DNA of 57,152 nucleotides from Octopus bimaculoides (taxonomy: Eukaryota), in assembly GCF_001194135.2 (NCBI RefSeq), contig NC_069001.1, positions 15,319,444 through 15,376,595 of the forward strand, written 5' to 3'. The position numbers were made by a program, and so were the translations under genes. Under the pieces are notes generated by a model, which was not told the origin of the DNA, did no database searches, and saw only the letters and a list, made by a program, of their open reading frames with translations. Of this stretch, positions 37,397 to 50,366 are shown piece after piece (positions within the stretch are counted from its first letter, which is position 1; each line of letters starts with the position of its first letter).

Positions 37397-38525
37397 ACCT
37401 CATCTGCTTCTGAACTGTTTAGAAGTGTTATCATCTACATGTTTTGTCTTGGTATAAAAGATGGGCTACAGCAAATATTCTATTCAATACCATAGATTTG
37501 CTTGTCAATTGTTTGACCATAACCAGTTGAGCATATCCCTTGGTGGCTGATAATATGTACATCTCTGATCATGAGCAGAAGTAGTAGGGGAGCATCATAG
37601 CCATGTGTTGAGAGGAATTCTTTGGGGTTTAGATAATTTACATCTGGAAATATGGCTGTTTAGTTCAACATCCTTAAATAACCCTTATTCAGCGACCTTC
37701 TGACCAGGATGGGCTAGTTGACCTGAAGAAAGTTCAAACTGGGCCTCACCTGCAAGGTCATGGGCTGCTTATCTTGATATGAGATCACCATGTTGCACAC
37801 ATGGTTGTGATGCATGTGCCTGGTGTACCCTTATCAGACGGGTAGTCATGATGGATATACTGGTCTTTGTATATTTTACCCCGATGTCATTTTGATGGCA
37901 TGCGCTGCTCTCTCCCAACAACAACAACAACATTAATAATAGTAAATAATGATAATAATAAATGCCCTGATGCAGTACTAGTGGCTCTCATGGCTTCTGA
38001 TCTTAACTGATTGGAAGTGTTATCCTGAACATTGTTTTGTCTTGATATAAAAGATGGGCGACAGCAAATACTCTGCTCAATACCACAGATTTGCTTGTCA
38101 GTTGTTTGACCTTAACCAGTTGAGCATGTCCCTTGGTGGTTGACGATATGTGCATCTCTGATCATGAGCAGAAGTAGTGGGGGAGCATCATAGCCATGTG
38201 TTGAGAGGAATTCTTTGGGGTTTGAATAATTCACCTTTGGAAACATGGGTGTTTTGCTCAACATCCTTAAACAAACCTTATTCAAGGACCTTTTGAGCGG
38301 GACGGGCTACTAGACCTGAAGAAAATCCTAACTGGGCCCCACCTGCAAGGTCATGCGCTGTTTATCTCGATATGAGATCACCATGTCACGCACATATGGT
38401 TGTGATGCATGTACCTGATGTACCCTTATCAGACGAGTAGTCATGATGGGTATACTGGGCTTCGTATATTTTACCCCAGTGTCACTTTGAAATGTATGCA
38501 CTGCTCTTTCACTAATGATAATAAT
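37397..38525 (+). repeat. Two tandem copies of a ~550-bp interspersed repeat, each with a triplet tail
   Basis: 37397-37920 and 37962-38520 are colinear and end in (AAC/AAT)n tails. Confidence 0.8.
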
Positions 38526-38537
38526 AACAATAATAAT

Positions 38538-38576
<39 letters not shown>

Positions 38577-39089
38577 CAGTAGTAGTAGCAGTAGTAGTAG
38601 CAGCAGCAGCAGCGGTAGCAGCAGCAGCAGCAATATATTCGTGTTTGCTTTGATATTAAGAGTGAAAAAAAATCAACCTTGTTTGTGAAATATTTTGGAC
38701 CTAGGTTTGCTCCCCTAAGCAAATTTCATTCCTACATTTTTGTGTAAAACCTGAAGATCGTTCTACTTCTGGTAGTTCTGTCCAATGCTGGGAAAGGTTG
38801 TTCTATCTGAAGAGTAAGTACAATTTGTGTGTGTGCTTCTCTCACTAGAATAAATTCTATGCAAAGGAACTTCCAGCAAAACACATTACCTCAAGAAAGC
38901 CCAGCAGCAATGGGAGAAGAAAGGATATGTCTGTACTAGTGCATGCAACAGATAGCTATAAGGTGGGAGGCTATGGGTTGATGCATGCATGCAGGCAGTT
39001 CTTTGTTAGAAACATAGGAGTACCATCTGATGTTCTCGATGATTCTCAGGGTTTTACTTTCATTTGACACAGCAGCTGCAGGCTGGAAG

Positions 39090-39260
39090 AGGTCTCATGG
39101 CAGGCCCTTTACCAGATGGCTAGATGTGACTGGAGAAGATCTGCAGAGGCTCAACATCACCTTGGAGGATGCAGAGGGGTTGGTGCAGGACTGCAAGTGA
39201 CGGGGAGCACTGGTGGACCTGGTTGGTTCTATGCACGATGGTGTCTCTGAGACCACTGAC
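39090..39260 (+). mobile_element. RTE-like LINE 3' fragment
   Basis: GRPFTRWLDVTGEDLQRLNITLEDAEGLVQD resembles the RTE terminal GRPxxRWxDxxxxDL motif. Confidence 0.5.
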
Positions 39261-40987
39261 CTGGGATAACCCCAACCCCATCAAGCAAAAGCATGATGCA
39301 TGCAAGCAAGCAATAGGAGTAGTGGAACACACAGGCTTGACTAACTGGAAGCATGGAATCACAAACCTGCACATAGGCAGCTAAATGGTTATTGGTCATT
39401 TCTTTTCAAAACTATAGTAACAGAGAGATTTTGCAGCATCTCTTGTGATTGAATAATTTTTACCAGGTATAGTAATGCTCACCTGTTAATTAGGAAGGAT
39501 CTAGAAAAGATAGTCTAAATAAAGCTAAGCTAATTCTGGAACTGGCCAGCAATTCCTTGGCTGGTAGTTGTCCTCCCTTACTAGGTTTCCATGGTAACAT
39601 CCAAGAAATTTACGATTTTCTGTGAATTAGTCATATTTGGACAAAAGTTGATTTCAACCATGTATACATGCATGTATATATAGGCATGCATACATGCATG
39701 TACAAACATGTAGAAAATGCATGCATGCACATATATATATATAAACAGTTATGCATATGCATGCATGCATATATGCAAGCATATATATGTATGCATGTAT
39801 CTATTGATATATACATATGAATAATTATGCATATGTACTTATGCATGCACATACGGATGTATATGCAAATATGCCTGCATGTGTGCATGCATGAACGCAT
39901 GTTGGTATGTATGTATGTATGTATGCATGCATGTATCTATTGTGTATGAGCATACATGCATGCATACATACATGTATGTGTGTATGTTTGCAGGCGTGCA
40001 CGTTTCTACGTATCGTTATGAAATAACAGATTGTTTCGTTTTTGTGCATCCATACATTATTATCTCGCTCGCGCTGCGAATTTCAGCAGTTTAGGAAGCC
40101 GAAAGAGATGACGTCTTCAGAATGAGATCCCGAATACGCTTCACCTTACTGACTGCTACTTTCACCTAGCTTCTCTCTTCGGAGCAATAAACCGCCAGTC
40201 ATGGCATTATAACTGAATTTTAACACTACTCCGCTGAACATATTTAACACCTGTAACGGAAACATTTTTTTCGTTTAACCATTTTTCTATCGTCTCCAAG
40301 AAAAGTTGAGCTAGGCACTAATAGAATGTCAGCGAAGAATTTTTAAATAGCAGCATCATGCTTTGGAGTCTTTGAACGTGTAACATGATATATCATTATG
40401 GTGATCCCACTACCATTATCCGAACTAGCTTATAACACGTATTTCTCCAGTAATGCCAAACGTTCTCAGATTCAAAGATGTTGTAGTGTAATGGAAATAA
40501 TAAAATGGACTGCTGCTTCTGGTATTTTTCCTAAACACTGACCGATATTTGGGGAACGTCTTGTTTTAAATGAGAACACATTTCGTTTTTACCCCTGCTC
40601 TGCTTGTCTCATGCACTCTCTCTCTCTCTCTCTCTCTCTTTCTTTCTCTCTCCCTCACACACACACACACACACACTCACACGCACACACGCTTTCTCCC
40701 ATACAAACACGCACACACACATGCACATACGGTCTCCCTCACACACACATGCACATACGGTCTCTTTCACACACACATGCATATGCGCTTGCTTTTTCTA
40801 CCCTCTCTCTCTCTCTCACCAAATGCTGCAGTTTGCAAACGAGAGGATCCGTGTGTGTGTGTGTTTGTGTGCCCGTGCGTGTGTATGTCAGTATGTATGT
40901 ATAAATAACCTGATTTTAAATAAAGAGAGGGAAGAAGAAAGAAAACAACGACCACACACGACTATATATATATATGTATATGTATAT

Positions 40988-41023
<36 letters not shown>

Positions 41024-41670
41024 ATATATGCGCTAAATTTTATGTGTACAAAATGAGATCCACAGTGATGGACACCATAGACACAACTCTAGCATATATA
41101 TATACGTTTATACGAGCACCATTCATCTCCAGAGAGAGAGAGAGAGAGACAGAGAGAGACAGACAGACAGACAGACAGAGGCAGAGGCAGACTAATAGAC
41201 AAACTGCTGGCAGATAAAGAGATGTCTGTTATATTGCTAAGATTTAACTGATGGAAGCAGTTTCTTTCGTTAGCCACTAGCAGAATGCCAGCCATTCCTG
41301 TAGAATAAGAAGAAGCACCATTTCAGCTATATTACAACTTCTCTTTCAATGTAAGATGGATTCAGGTGGTGGAGGTGGAGGTGATGGTAGTGGTGGCGCA
41401 GGAAGAAATGGCAAAGAGTCTTGCTGCTATTAGAGTTGATGTCCCATTACATTCTGAGTTCGAATCCTGAATGAAGACCACATTATCTTTCTATACATCT
41501 ATGGGTTTGATAAAATAATTAACACAGGACTGGACCTTGCTTCCTAACCACATGCTTCCAGGTTCAGTCCCACAGCGTGGTACCTAAGACAAGTGTTCTA
41601 TAATAGATTCAGGCCTACCAAAGCCTTGTGAGTGGATTTGGTAGACAGAAACTGAATAATGAAGTCTGTC

Positions 41671-41716
<46 letters not shown>

Positions 41717-41889
41717 TCTCTTTTACTTGTTTCAGTCATTTGACTGTGGCCATGCTGGGGCACCGCCTTTAGTCAAGCAAGGCTTTGGTTGGCCCGAGGC
41801 TATAGTAGAAGACACTTGCCCAAGGTGCCACGCAGTGGGACTGAACCCAGAACCATGTGGTTGGTAAGCAAGCTGTGAGTATATGCATA

Positions 41890-42240
41890 TATGTACATAC
41901 CTACATCTACATGTATATATAGATGCATATCTGGGTACGGGACGTTACAAAAAACGTGGACAAAATAAGAAACAGAACATAAACAGAGCACAGAAAACAC
42001 ACAGGCCACATAGAGAACATTTCCTTCATCAGCTGCCACCATTCTAAAACTAAGGGTTTCGAAGAGTTAGGGCAGGACGCATTGTTAGAATGGCTCTTCC
42101 TGCGGAAACAAATTAAATTTGTAGTGCGGAGGAATATCGTGGCGAACAGAAAACATGACAGGAAAACTAAACAGTGAAAATAAACAAGAAGGACTATAAG
42201 GCCAGACGTGAAAAATATATATATGTATACTAAACGCTGT
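41890..42240 (-). mobile_element. CpG-rich retroelement terminal fragment, possibly Penelope-like
   Basis: CpG-retaining non-coding block with a CTGATGAAGG motif; family assignment from recollection only. Confidence 0.3.
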
Positions 42241-42525
42241 GATGTGACGAACTGGAAGGAAGTAGTAGCTAGACATGTGACCATATATATATTCATATAT
42301 GTAACTGTGTGTGTGTGTCTTTGTGTTTGTCCCCACATCAGCACTTGACAACCGGTGTTGGTATATTTACATCTCTATAACTTAGCAGTTCAGCAAAAGA
42401 GACTGACAGAATTAAGTATTGGCCTTAAAAAAAGAAAAAGTCCCACCGTCGATTTGTTTGACTAAAACTCTTCAAGGCAGTGCTCCAGCATGGCCACAGT
42501 CAAATGACTGAGACAATTAAAAAAG

Positions 42526-42571
<46 letters not shown>

Positions 42572-43217
42572 TACTTATTAATATTTATTAATAATCTGCA
42601 CAAGTTACAAAGTGACTCATGTCTTGATTTCTATCTCTATTTGCATCACCAAAATTTTATATATATGGAATATATGAAAGATTTTTTTACTCGGTACTGC
42701 CTAGAGAATGCATTTGGTATCATGATTAAGCTAATTTTATTTCATGTGACTGTAGAAAATAGAATTAGTATATATATATGTAATCTTCATTATTAACATC
42801 CTTTTAGAGTCACATGAAATGAAAGTTTGCTTCATCATCACAGGAAAGCTCTAATTCAATGTAACACAAATATGCACACTTCTCACCTCACAATATCACC
42901 AAATGAAGAGGCAGATTTTATCTGCTGACATCTCAACTAAATTTAATCTATTATAGAGCTGTACTAGTTAATCATAGGATACATAATATTGTTATATTTA
43001 GTTTAAATATTGGATCTGAAAGACAACAGGAATTATGTCTGTGCCACATTGAAACTATAACAGTTTATTGTATTATCCCTGAAATTTAAGCATTAAGTTG
43101 GTGTTTTTATAATGAATCATTTACATTTTACACACGTGTGGTACTCCCTGGATGGCTGTTAATTGAAGGGAACTATCTCTTCACATTGGAAGACAAGATC
43201 AGAAATATGAATTTAAA

Positions 43218-43560
43218 GGATCTTTTTTAAAACGGGGGCCACATTTTTCATTAACGAAACACTTTGAAACTTGGAACACTGGTAGAATGTGTCATATAAA
43301 ACATCTTTTTCTCTTAGTCTTCTTAAAAAAAAAAGAAATCCATAAATTATTCCATGTTAAAGTTGTTGTATTTCTGTAATTTCAACCAATCACTGACGTC
43401 CATTCAGCCGATATACATTAAGTGCCGACTACATAAACAAACGATTCTGAAACAATTAACCCTAACCCTAACCCTAACTCTAACCCTAACCCTAACCCTA
43501 GGGTTAGGGTTAGGGTTAAAGCAAATTTAAAATGAAAAAAGCAAATAAAACGAAGGTATG
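43218..43560. mobile_element. Repeat with internal telomere-like (CCCTAA)n/(TTAGGG)n
   Basis: Starts GGATCTTTTTTAAAACGG.GGCCACATTT like 54361; 43501-43555 is the reverse complement of the inner part of the 54.6 kb copy. Confidence 0.6.
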
Positions 43561-43781
43561 GAGATTAAATACGCTTTACATTGCTTAATGNNNNNNNNNN
43601 NNNNNNNNNNNNNNNNNNNNNNNNNNNNNNNNNNNNNNNNNNNNNNNNNNNNNNNNNNNNNNNNNNNNNNNNNNNNNNNNNNNNNNNNNNNNNNNNNNNN
43701 NNNNNNNNNNNNNNNNNNNNNNNNNNNNNNNNNNNAGGAATATGAAAAGGACATAAAAAACATTCCATATATGAATCATCA

Positions 43782-44185
43782 TCACCATTTAACACCTGCT
43801 TTCCATGCTAGCATGGGTTGGACAATTTGACTGAGGACTGGCAAGCCAGAAGGCTGCACCAGGCTCCAATCTGATCTGGCAGAGTTTCTACAGCTGGATG
43901 CCCTTCCTAATGCCAACCACTCCGAGAGTGTAGTGGGTGCTTTTACGTGCCAACAGCACAAGGGCCAATCACATGGTACTGGCAATGGCCACGCTCAAAA
44001 AGGTGTTTTTTATGTGCCACCTGCATGGGAGCCAGTCCAGTGGCACTGGCAACAACCTCGCTTGAATGATTTTCTAATGTACCACGAGCACAAGTGCTAG
44101 AAGGCAACGCTGGTAACAATTACGCTCAAATAGTGCTATTTACAGGCCACTAGCACGGAAGCCAGACAGCTGCTCTGGCAATGAA
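43782..44185 (-). mobile_element. Family E repeat
   Basis: Colinear with 14146-14520. Confidence 0.78.
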
Positions 44186-44477
44186 CACACTATATGTAAA
44201 TAATTTAAATTCTTTTTTTTTTTTATTTATGGCAAAGTCCTTACAATTTTTAGTCAGAAGTAATCATACATGGGTACTGTTTCATCATCTTTAGGCATTT
44301 TCAGCATGATTTAATCAGTAAATTTGCTAATTAGGCATATTATGAGAAAAGACATTACAGTCAGGAGGAAATATATGGAATGTTTTTACTTTCCTTCTTA
44401 GAATCAGACGGGAATCTGGTATAAACTTCCAACCTGCTAACCCTGGTAAAACCATCCAACCCATGCCAGCATGGACA

Positions 44478-44790
44478 CATGGCTTAGGGTTAGGATATTT
44501 GGTTCTTGATTTTAAAGTCAGGAATTGGATTCCCGGTGGCACATTGTGTCCCTGAGGAAGACACTTTATTTCACACCACTCCAGTTCACCCACCTGGCAA
44601 AAATAAGTTGTACCTGTAATTCAAAGGGCCAGTCTTGTCACATTCTGTATCAGACTGAATCTTCCTCAGAACTATGTTAAGAGTGCACATGTCTGTGGAG
44701 TACTCAGCCACATGGCATGTTAATTTCACTAGCAGGCTGTTCCATTGATCAAGTCAAATGGAACCCTCATTGACATAATTAACGGAATGC
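44478..44790 (+). mobile_element. SINE family B
   Basis: Colinear with 950-1250. Confidence 0.75.
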
Positions 44791-45230
44791 CAAGAAAAAA
44801 AAATAAAACATCGTTGGTTTAGGAATTGAGAAAGAGGGAAAAATGTTCATAATGCTTGCGCACATCATAACAGGAGTTTCCAGGAAACTTTCTACTTCTT
44901 GAAAGAGATTTAGAGCACTCAATAATGACGACATTAACTACAAACGATTTCATCAACATTGGTAAAGTGTAGATATCTTTACTTGCTGTTATCTTATATA
45001 TCTGTCATGTAGCCAAACAAGCTTCCATTCATAAACACACTCGTTCCCACCAACATCAGATATTAAAAAATGGATTTTAATGAAGCTACAACCAGTGTTA
45101 TTCAAATACAAATGGTGCCCTCTGGATGGCTGTTAATATAAAGGGAGCTAACTATCTCCTCACAGCATGGGGTAGGATTAGAAATTTGAATTTGAAATCA
45201 AGGAATTTGAAAAAACTTCATGTATTCATG

Positions 45231-45264
<34 letters not shown>

Positions 45265-45289
45265 CACACACACATACACACACACATAT

Positions 45290-45665
45290 TTTACTTGTTT
45301 CAGTCACTTGACAGCAGCCATGTTGGGGCACCACCTTGAAGGGTTTTAGTCAAACAAATTGACCCCAGGACCTACTTTTCTAAAGCCTGTTATCAGTTCC
45401 TTCGCTGAACTGCTAAGTTACTGGGACGTAAACACACCAACACCTGTTGTCAAGTCGTGGTGAAGTATAAACACAGACACAAACCACACACACACATACA
45501 CACATAGATATATACATATATACATGATGGACTTCTTTCAGTTTCCATCTAACAAATCCACTCATGAGGTTTTGGACAGCCCAAGACACTTTCCCAAGGG
45601 GCCACACAATGGGACTGAACCCAGGATCATTTGGTTGGGAAGCAAGTTTCTTAGCACACAGCCAC
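45290..45665 (-). mobile_element. SINE family A, diverged
   Basis: Colinear with family A. Confidence 0.75.
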
Positions 45666-45697
45666 ATCTGTGCAATTCTTTATTAATTATCAATATA

Positions 45698-45927
45698 TTT
45701 CTTTATTGCCCACAAGGGGCTAAATATAGAGGGGACAAACAAGGACAGACAAAGGGATTAAGTCGATTACATCGACCCCAGTGCGTAACTGGTACTTTAT
45801 TTAATAGACCCTGAAAGGATGGAAGGCAAAGTCGACCTCAGCGGAATTTGAACTCAGAACGTAACTGCTGACGAAATACCGTTAAGCATTTTACCCGGCG
45901 TGCTAACGTTTCTGCTAGCTCGCCGCC
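45698..45927 (-). mobile_element. tRNA-derived SINE, family D, near intact, with a Deu/Nin-like central block
   Basis: Head GGCGGCGAGCTAGCAGAAACGTTAGC...GTTCAAATTCCGC; central GCCTTCCATCCTTTCAGGGTC...TAAAGTACCAG recalls the Deu/Nin SINE domain (from memory). Degenerate copies at about 6360, 6640, 22450, 23500, 30130, 30950 and 41430. Confidence 0.75.
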
Positions 45928-46739
45928 TTACCTATATTAATATCTTATCTTTATTAATTATTTATAATTATCTATCTTATCTTTATTAATTATCTATAGC
46001 AAGATTATTACTGTTATTCGTTAGTAGTAATCATATATAGTACTGTTGCATCTTTTTTGGAATCTTAATAATTTGCATTTGTAATTTTAGGCCTTACCTA
46101 TTCTGCTTAACCAGAGGACAAATAGCTAGTAACTGTGTCCAATCTATATAGGTAGTCTACATCCCCTTCCCCACCTCTGGCTCCTCTCATACACTTGAAC
46201 CCAGACTCTTATAGTTCCTCTACCCACACTCATTTCTACCTATCTCATACATTGAGGTACTACCCAGTTACCTCATTATCTCTTCTTACCTCCACCTTGA
46301 TCACCTCCATATTTTCTTCTAAAATATGAGTAGACTTGTAGTTCGTCTACAAGAAACTTCTTTGGTTCTTCCCCTTCTCTTATATCTTAACTCCTCATCT
46401 CCTTGCATCAGCAGAGGCACATGGCTTAGTGGTTACAGTATCGGACTCATGATCATAAGACTGTGGTCTTGCATTTTGGTCCAGGTGATGTGTTGTGTTC
46501 CGGTTCATGTTGCTCCAGTTCACTCAGCTAGCAAAAACGAATAACCCTGTGATGGACTGGCATCTCATCCAAATGCAGAATGCATACACCATGAAACTGG
46601 GAAACCAGCCATTGTGAGTTAGCTTGACTTGAAAAGGTAACTTTACTTACTTACAACTCCTTGCATAAAAGCACCCTCCCTTCTCAGGGTTCATAGTCCT
46701 GCAAAACTGCATATCAACCTCACTAGAGCTAGAGTGCTT

Positions 46740-47138
46740 AGACGAAAATGCCCCCACCTGTGACAAAGTGGACAGTAGTGATTTCATCACAATATTTCAT
46801 CACATGCCGCCTTGAGTGTGGGACATATTTTGCCAAAATATGGCATGACCTTGCTCCCTGTGACTTTTTTCTGTTCCCCCAAATGAAAAAAAATCTTTAA
46901 AGGAAAATGTTTTGCAGATGTGGAGGAGGTGAAGAGAAAAATGACAGAGGCATTAAAAGGCATCCTTTCACAAGAGTTCCAGGACTGCTTTGAACAGTGG
47001 AAAACACGTTTGGGCCAATGCATTGCTTCAAATGCAGAATATGTAAACAGAATATGTAAACATTCAAAATGTAAACATGAAAAACTAGGTGAATAAAATA
47101 ATATTGCCAAAATTCCGGTTTCTTTTGGGTACACCCTC

Positions 47139-47139
<1 letters not shown>
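46740..47139 (+). mobile_element. Mariner transposon 3' remnant with right TIR
   Basis: DLAPCDFFLFPQMKK...KCFADVEEVKRKMTEALKGILSQEFQDCFEQWKTRLGQCIASNAEY (YSPDLAP region), then TTTTGGGTACACCCTCA next to a TA run. Confidence 0.88.
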
Positions 47140-47203
<64 letters not shown>

Positions 47204-47754
47204 TATATATGTATATACATATATATATGCATATATATATATATATANNNNNNNNNNNNNNNNNNNNNNNNNNNNNNNNNNNNNNNNNNNNNNNNNNNNN
47301 NNNNNNNNNNNNNNNNNNNNNNNNNNNNNNNNNNNNNNNNNNNNNNNNNNNNNNNNNNNNNNNNNNNNNNNNNNNNNNNNNNNNNNNNNNNNNNNNNNNN
47401 NNNNNNNNNNNNNNNNNNNNNNNNNNNNNNNNNNNNNNNNNNNNNNNNNNNNNNNNNNNNNNNNNNNNNNNNNNNNNNNNNNNNNNNNNNNNNNNNNNNN
47501 NNNNNNNNNNNNNNNNNNNNNNNNATATATATATATATATATACATCATCATCATCATCGTTTAACGTCCGCTTTCCATGCTAGCATGGGTTGGACGACT
47601 TGACTGAGGACTGGTGAAACCGGATGGCAACACCAGGCTCCAATCTAAATTTGGCAGAGTTTCTACAGCTGGATGCCCTTCCTAACGCCAACCACTCAGA
47701 GAGTGTACATATATATATATACTTTATTTAAAAGCAGCAGAAATATAACAAAAG

Positions 47755-47794
47755 ACTGTTACTCTGAGTTTCACGTTCCCATTCATCGGACAGT
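47755..47794 (-). ncRNA. Best-preserved minimal type I hammerhead-like motif (Penelope-associated repeat)
   Basis: 40 nt: ACUGU-CCGAUGA-AUG(GGAA)CGU-GAAA-CUC A GAG-UA^-ACAGU. Perfect 5-bp helix I and palindromic helix III; same family as 18202-18342. Confidence 0.6.
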
Positions 47795-49091
47795 TTTGTT
47801 AGAAATATATATATATTGTATTTGGTAGGCAGAAGTTACTGCCGCATGCGTATATGTCTGTGTATATGTCTGTGTATGTGCGTGTGTATATGTCTGTGTA
47901 TGTGCTTGTGACTCTCCGAAAGAGAGAGAGGGATACATATATATACATACACATGTATATGTGTGTGTGTGTATGCCCATATGCACATATGTATGTGTAT
48001 GTATGCGTGAGTGACTGTGTATAAAACATCTGCAGAGTATGTGAGAGGATGTGGAACAATGTCAGCTACATTATTGCAGCGACTGATTCCCTAAGTGCGT
48101 GTTTGTTTTCTCATCAGAATGCACATATTAATTCTTAGGCATACACACCACCCTCTCACCTTCTCTCTTACACCAACTGTCTCTCTCCTCTCTCTCATTC
48201 TCCCTCTCCTACTCTCTCTCTCTCTATCTCTTTCACTTTAGACACAGTTACTCACAGACTAGTCATATAAGTGTTTGCTCTTATACAACCTTATACAAAC
48301 AAATACATATATATATATATATGTATATATATACATATACACACATGTATATATATANNNNNNNNNNNNNNNNNNNNNNNNNNNNNNNNNNNNNNNNNNN
48401 NNNNNNNNNNNNNNNNNNNNNNNNNNNNNNNNNNNNNNNNNNNNNNNNNNNNNNNNNNNNNNNNNNNNNNNNNNNNNNNNNNNNNNNNNNNNNNNNNNNN
48501 NNNNNNNNNNNNNNNNNNNNNNNNNNNNNNNNNNNNNNNNNNNNNNNNNNNNNNNNNNNNNNNNNNNNNNNNNNNNNNNNNNNNNNNNNNNNNNNNNNNN
48601 NNNNNNNNNNNNNNNNNNNNNNNNNNNNNNNNNNNNNNNNNNNNNNNNNNNNNNNNNNNNNNNNNNNNNNNNNNNNNNNNNNNNNNNNNNNNNNNNNNNN
48701 NNNNNNNNNNNNNNNNNNNNNNNNNNNNNNNNNNNNNNNNNNNNNNNNNNNNNNNNNNNNNNNNNNNNNNNNNNNNNNNNNNNNNNNNNNNNNNNNNNNN
48801 NNNNNNNNNNNNNNNNNNNNNNNNNNNNNNNNNNNNNNNNNNNNNNNNNNNNNNNNNNNNNNNNNNNNNNNNNNNNNNNNNNNNNNNNNNNNNNNNNNNN
48901 NNNNNNNNNNNNNNNNNNNNNNNNNNNNNNNNNNNNNNNNNNNNNNNNNNNNNNNNNNNNNNNNNNNNNNNNNNNNNNNNNNNNNNNNNNNNNNNNNNNN
49001 NNNNNNNNNNNNNNNNNNNNNNNNNNNNNNNNNNNNNNNNNNNNNNNNNNNNNNNNNNNNNNNNNNNNNNNNNNNNNNNNNNNNNNNNNNN

Positions 49092-49146
<55 letters not shown>

Positions 49147-49165
49147 TATATGTATGTATGTTTAG

Positions 49166-50185
49166 TCTGTCAAGGCTGAAAGCAAACTCCAAGGTGTGCC
49201 AGGTACTCATCAGAGAAATGCTGTTCACAGATGATTCAGCACTGACAGCGGACTCTGAAGACCAAATGCAGCACCTCAAAGACAAACTTCCAAAGACCTG
49301 TCAGGAATTCAGCCTGACCATCAGTCTGAAGAAGACCCAAGTAATGGGTCAAAATGTCAAGCATGCCCCCACAATCACTATCAACAACTACAAGCTGGAG
49401 GTAGTCTATCAATTCATCTATCTTGACTCTACCATCGCTGATAACTTCTCCCTAAACCCTGAGATGAACAGGTGAATCAGATAAGCCTGCTCCACATTTG
49501 CCAGGCTCACAAAGAGAATCTGGGAAAACAAAAAACTTGCAGCAAACACCAAAATTGCTGTCTATAAGATGTGCATCCTTAATATGCTACTGCATGGCAG
49601 TGAGACATGGAGCCTCTATTCTAGACAGGAGCAGCATCTTTCACCTTCATAATTTGAGACACCTTCATAATTTGAGACACATCTTAGATCAACCACATCA
49701 CCAACACTGAAGTCCTCGACTGAACACACTTTGCTCCAGCAGTGTCGTTTGCGCTGGCTTGGAAGAATCTCAAAAGACCTCCTGCATGGGGAATTGGCTA
49801 CCAGCACAAGAGCACATAGACAGCCTCACCTTCATCTCAAAGACATCTGTAAGAGAGATATGAAGTCGCTTGGTCTGGACGTCCTGAGATGGGAAGGAGC
49901 TGCAAATGATTGCCCACACTGGAGGCAAATACTGCAAAAGGGAATGAAGAGAGCAGAAGAAAAACAGGAACTCACCATCAAAGAAAAGTGCAATCGATGG
50001 AAGGAAAAATTTGTAGCCCTGGCAGAGTGCTCCTTCAAATGCAGTCATTGCATGTGTGACTGCCACTCCCATGTCAGCCTGTACAGCCACAACAGATGCT
50101 GCACCACTATCAGCAGCTGACATGATTTCTTTGGGTGAAAATCCATGGCCTCTCGAGACCAACGGATGCCTTCTACTATATATAT
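49166..50185 (+). mobile_element. 5'-truncated RTE-clade (BovB-like) LINE relic: RT C-terminal half, zinc-finger-like end, 3' tail
   Basis: LIREMLFTDDSAL (FADD), GLTISLKKT-like SLTISLKKTQVM, FIYLDSTI, LLHGSETW, RLRWLG, DLLHGEL, CSHCMCDCHSHVSLYSH; ends ...CTCTCGAGACCAACGGATGCCTTCTACT. Stops and frameshifts present. Confidence 0.92.
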
Positions 50186-50325
50186 ATACATATATATATA
50201 TACAATTATATATTTATGTATGTATCAATGCATATAAGAGTACATATTTGTGTCAGTAACTGTATGTATGTTTCATTCTGTATGTGTATACACATCTACC
50301 TATACATACATACATACACACATAC

Positions 50326-50366
<41 letters not shown>

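Noticed and set aside
42020-42080. Possible fifth hammerhead (minus-strand GAAA ... CTGATGA)
   Set aside because: No GAAA follows CTGATGA, and the permuted arrangement gives no convincing helix I or III.
43457-43518. Ancestral telomere-telomere fusion site
   Set aside because: Polarity is (CCCTAA)n then (TTAGGG)n, opposite to a fusion scar, and the flanks belong to a dispersed repeat.
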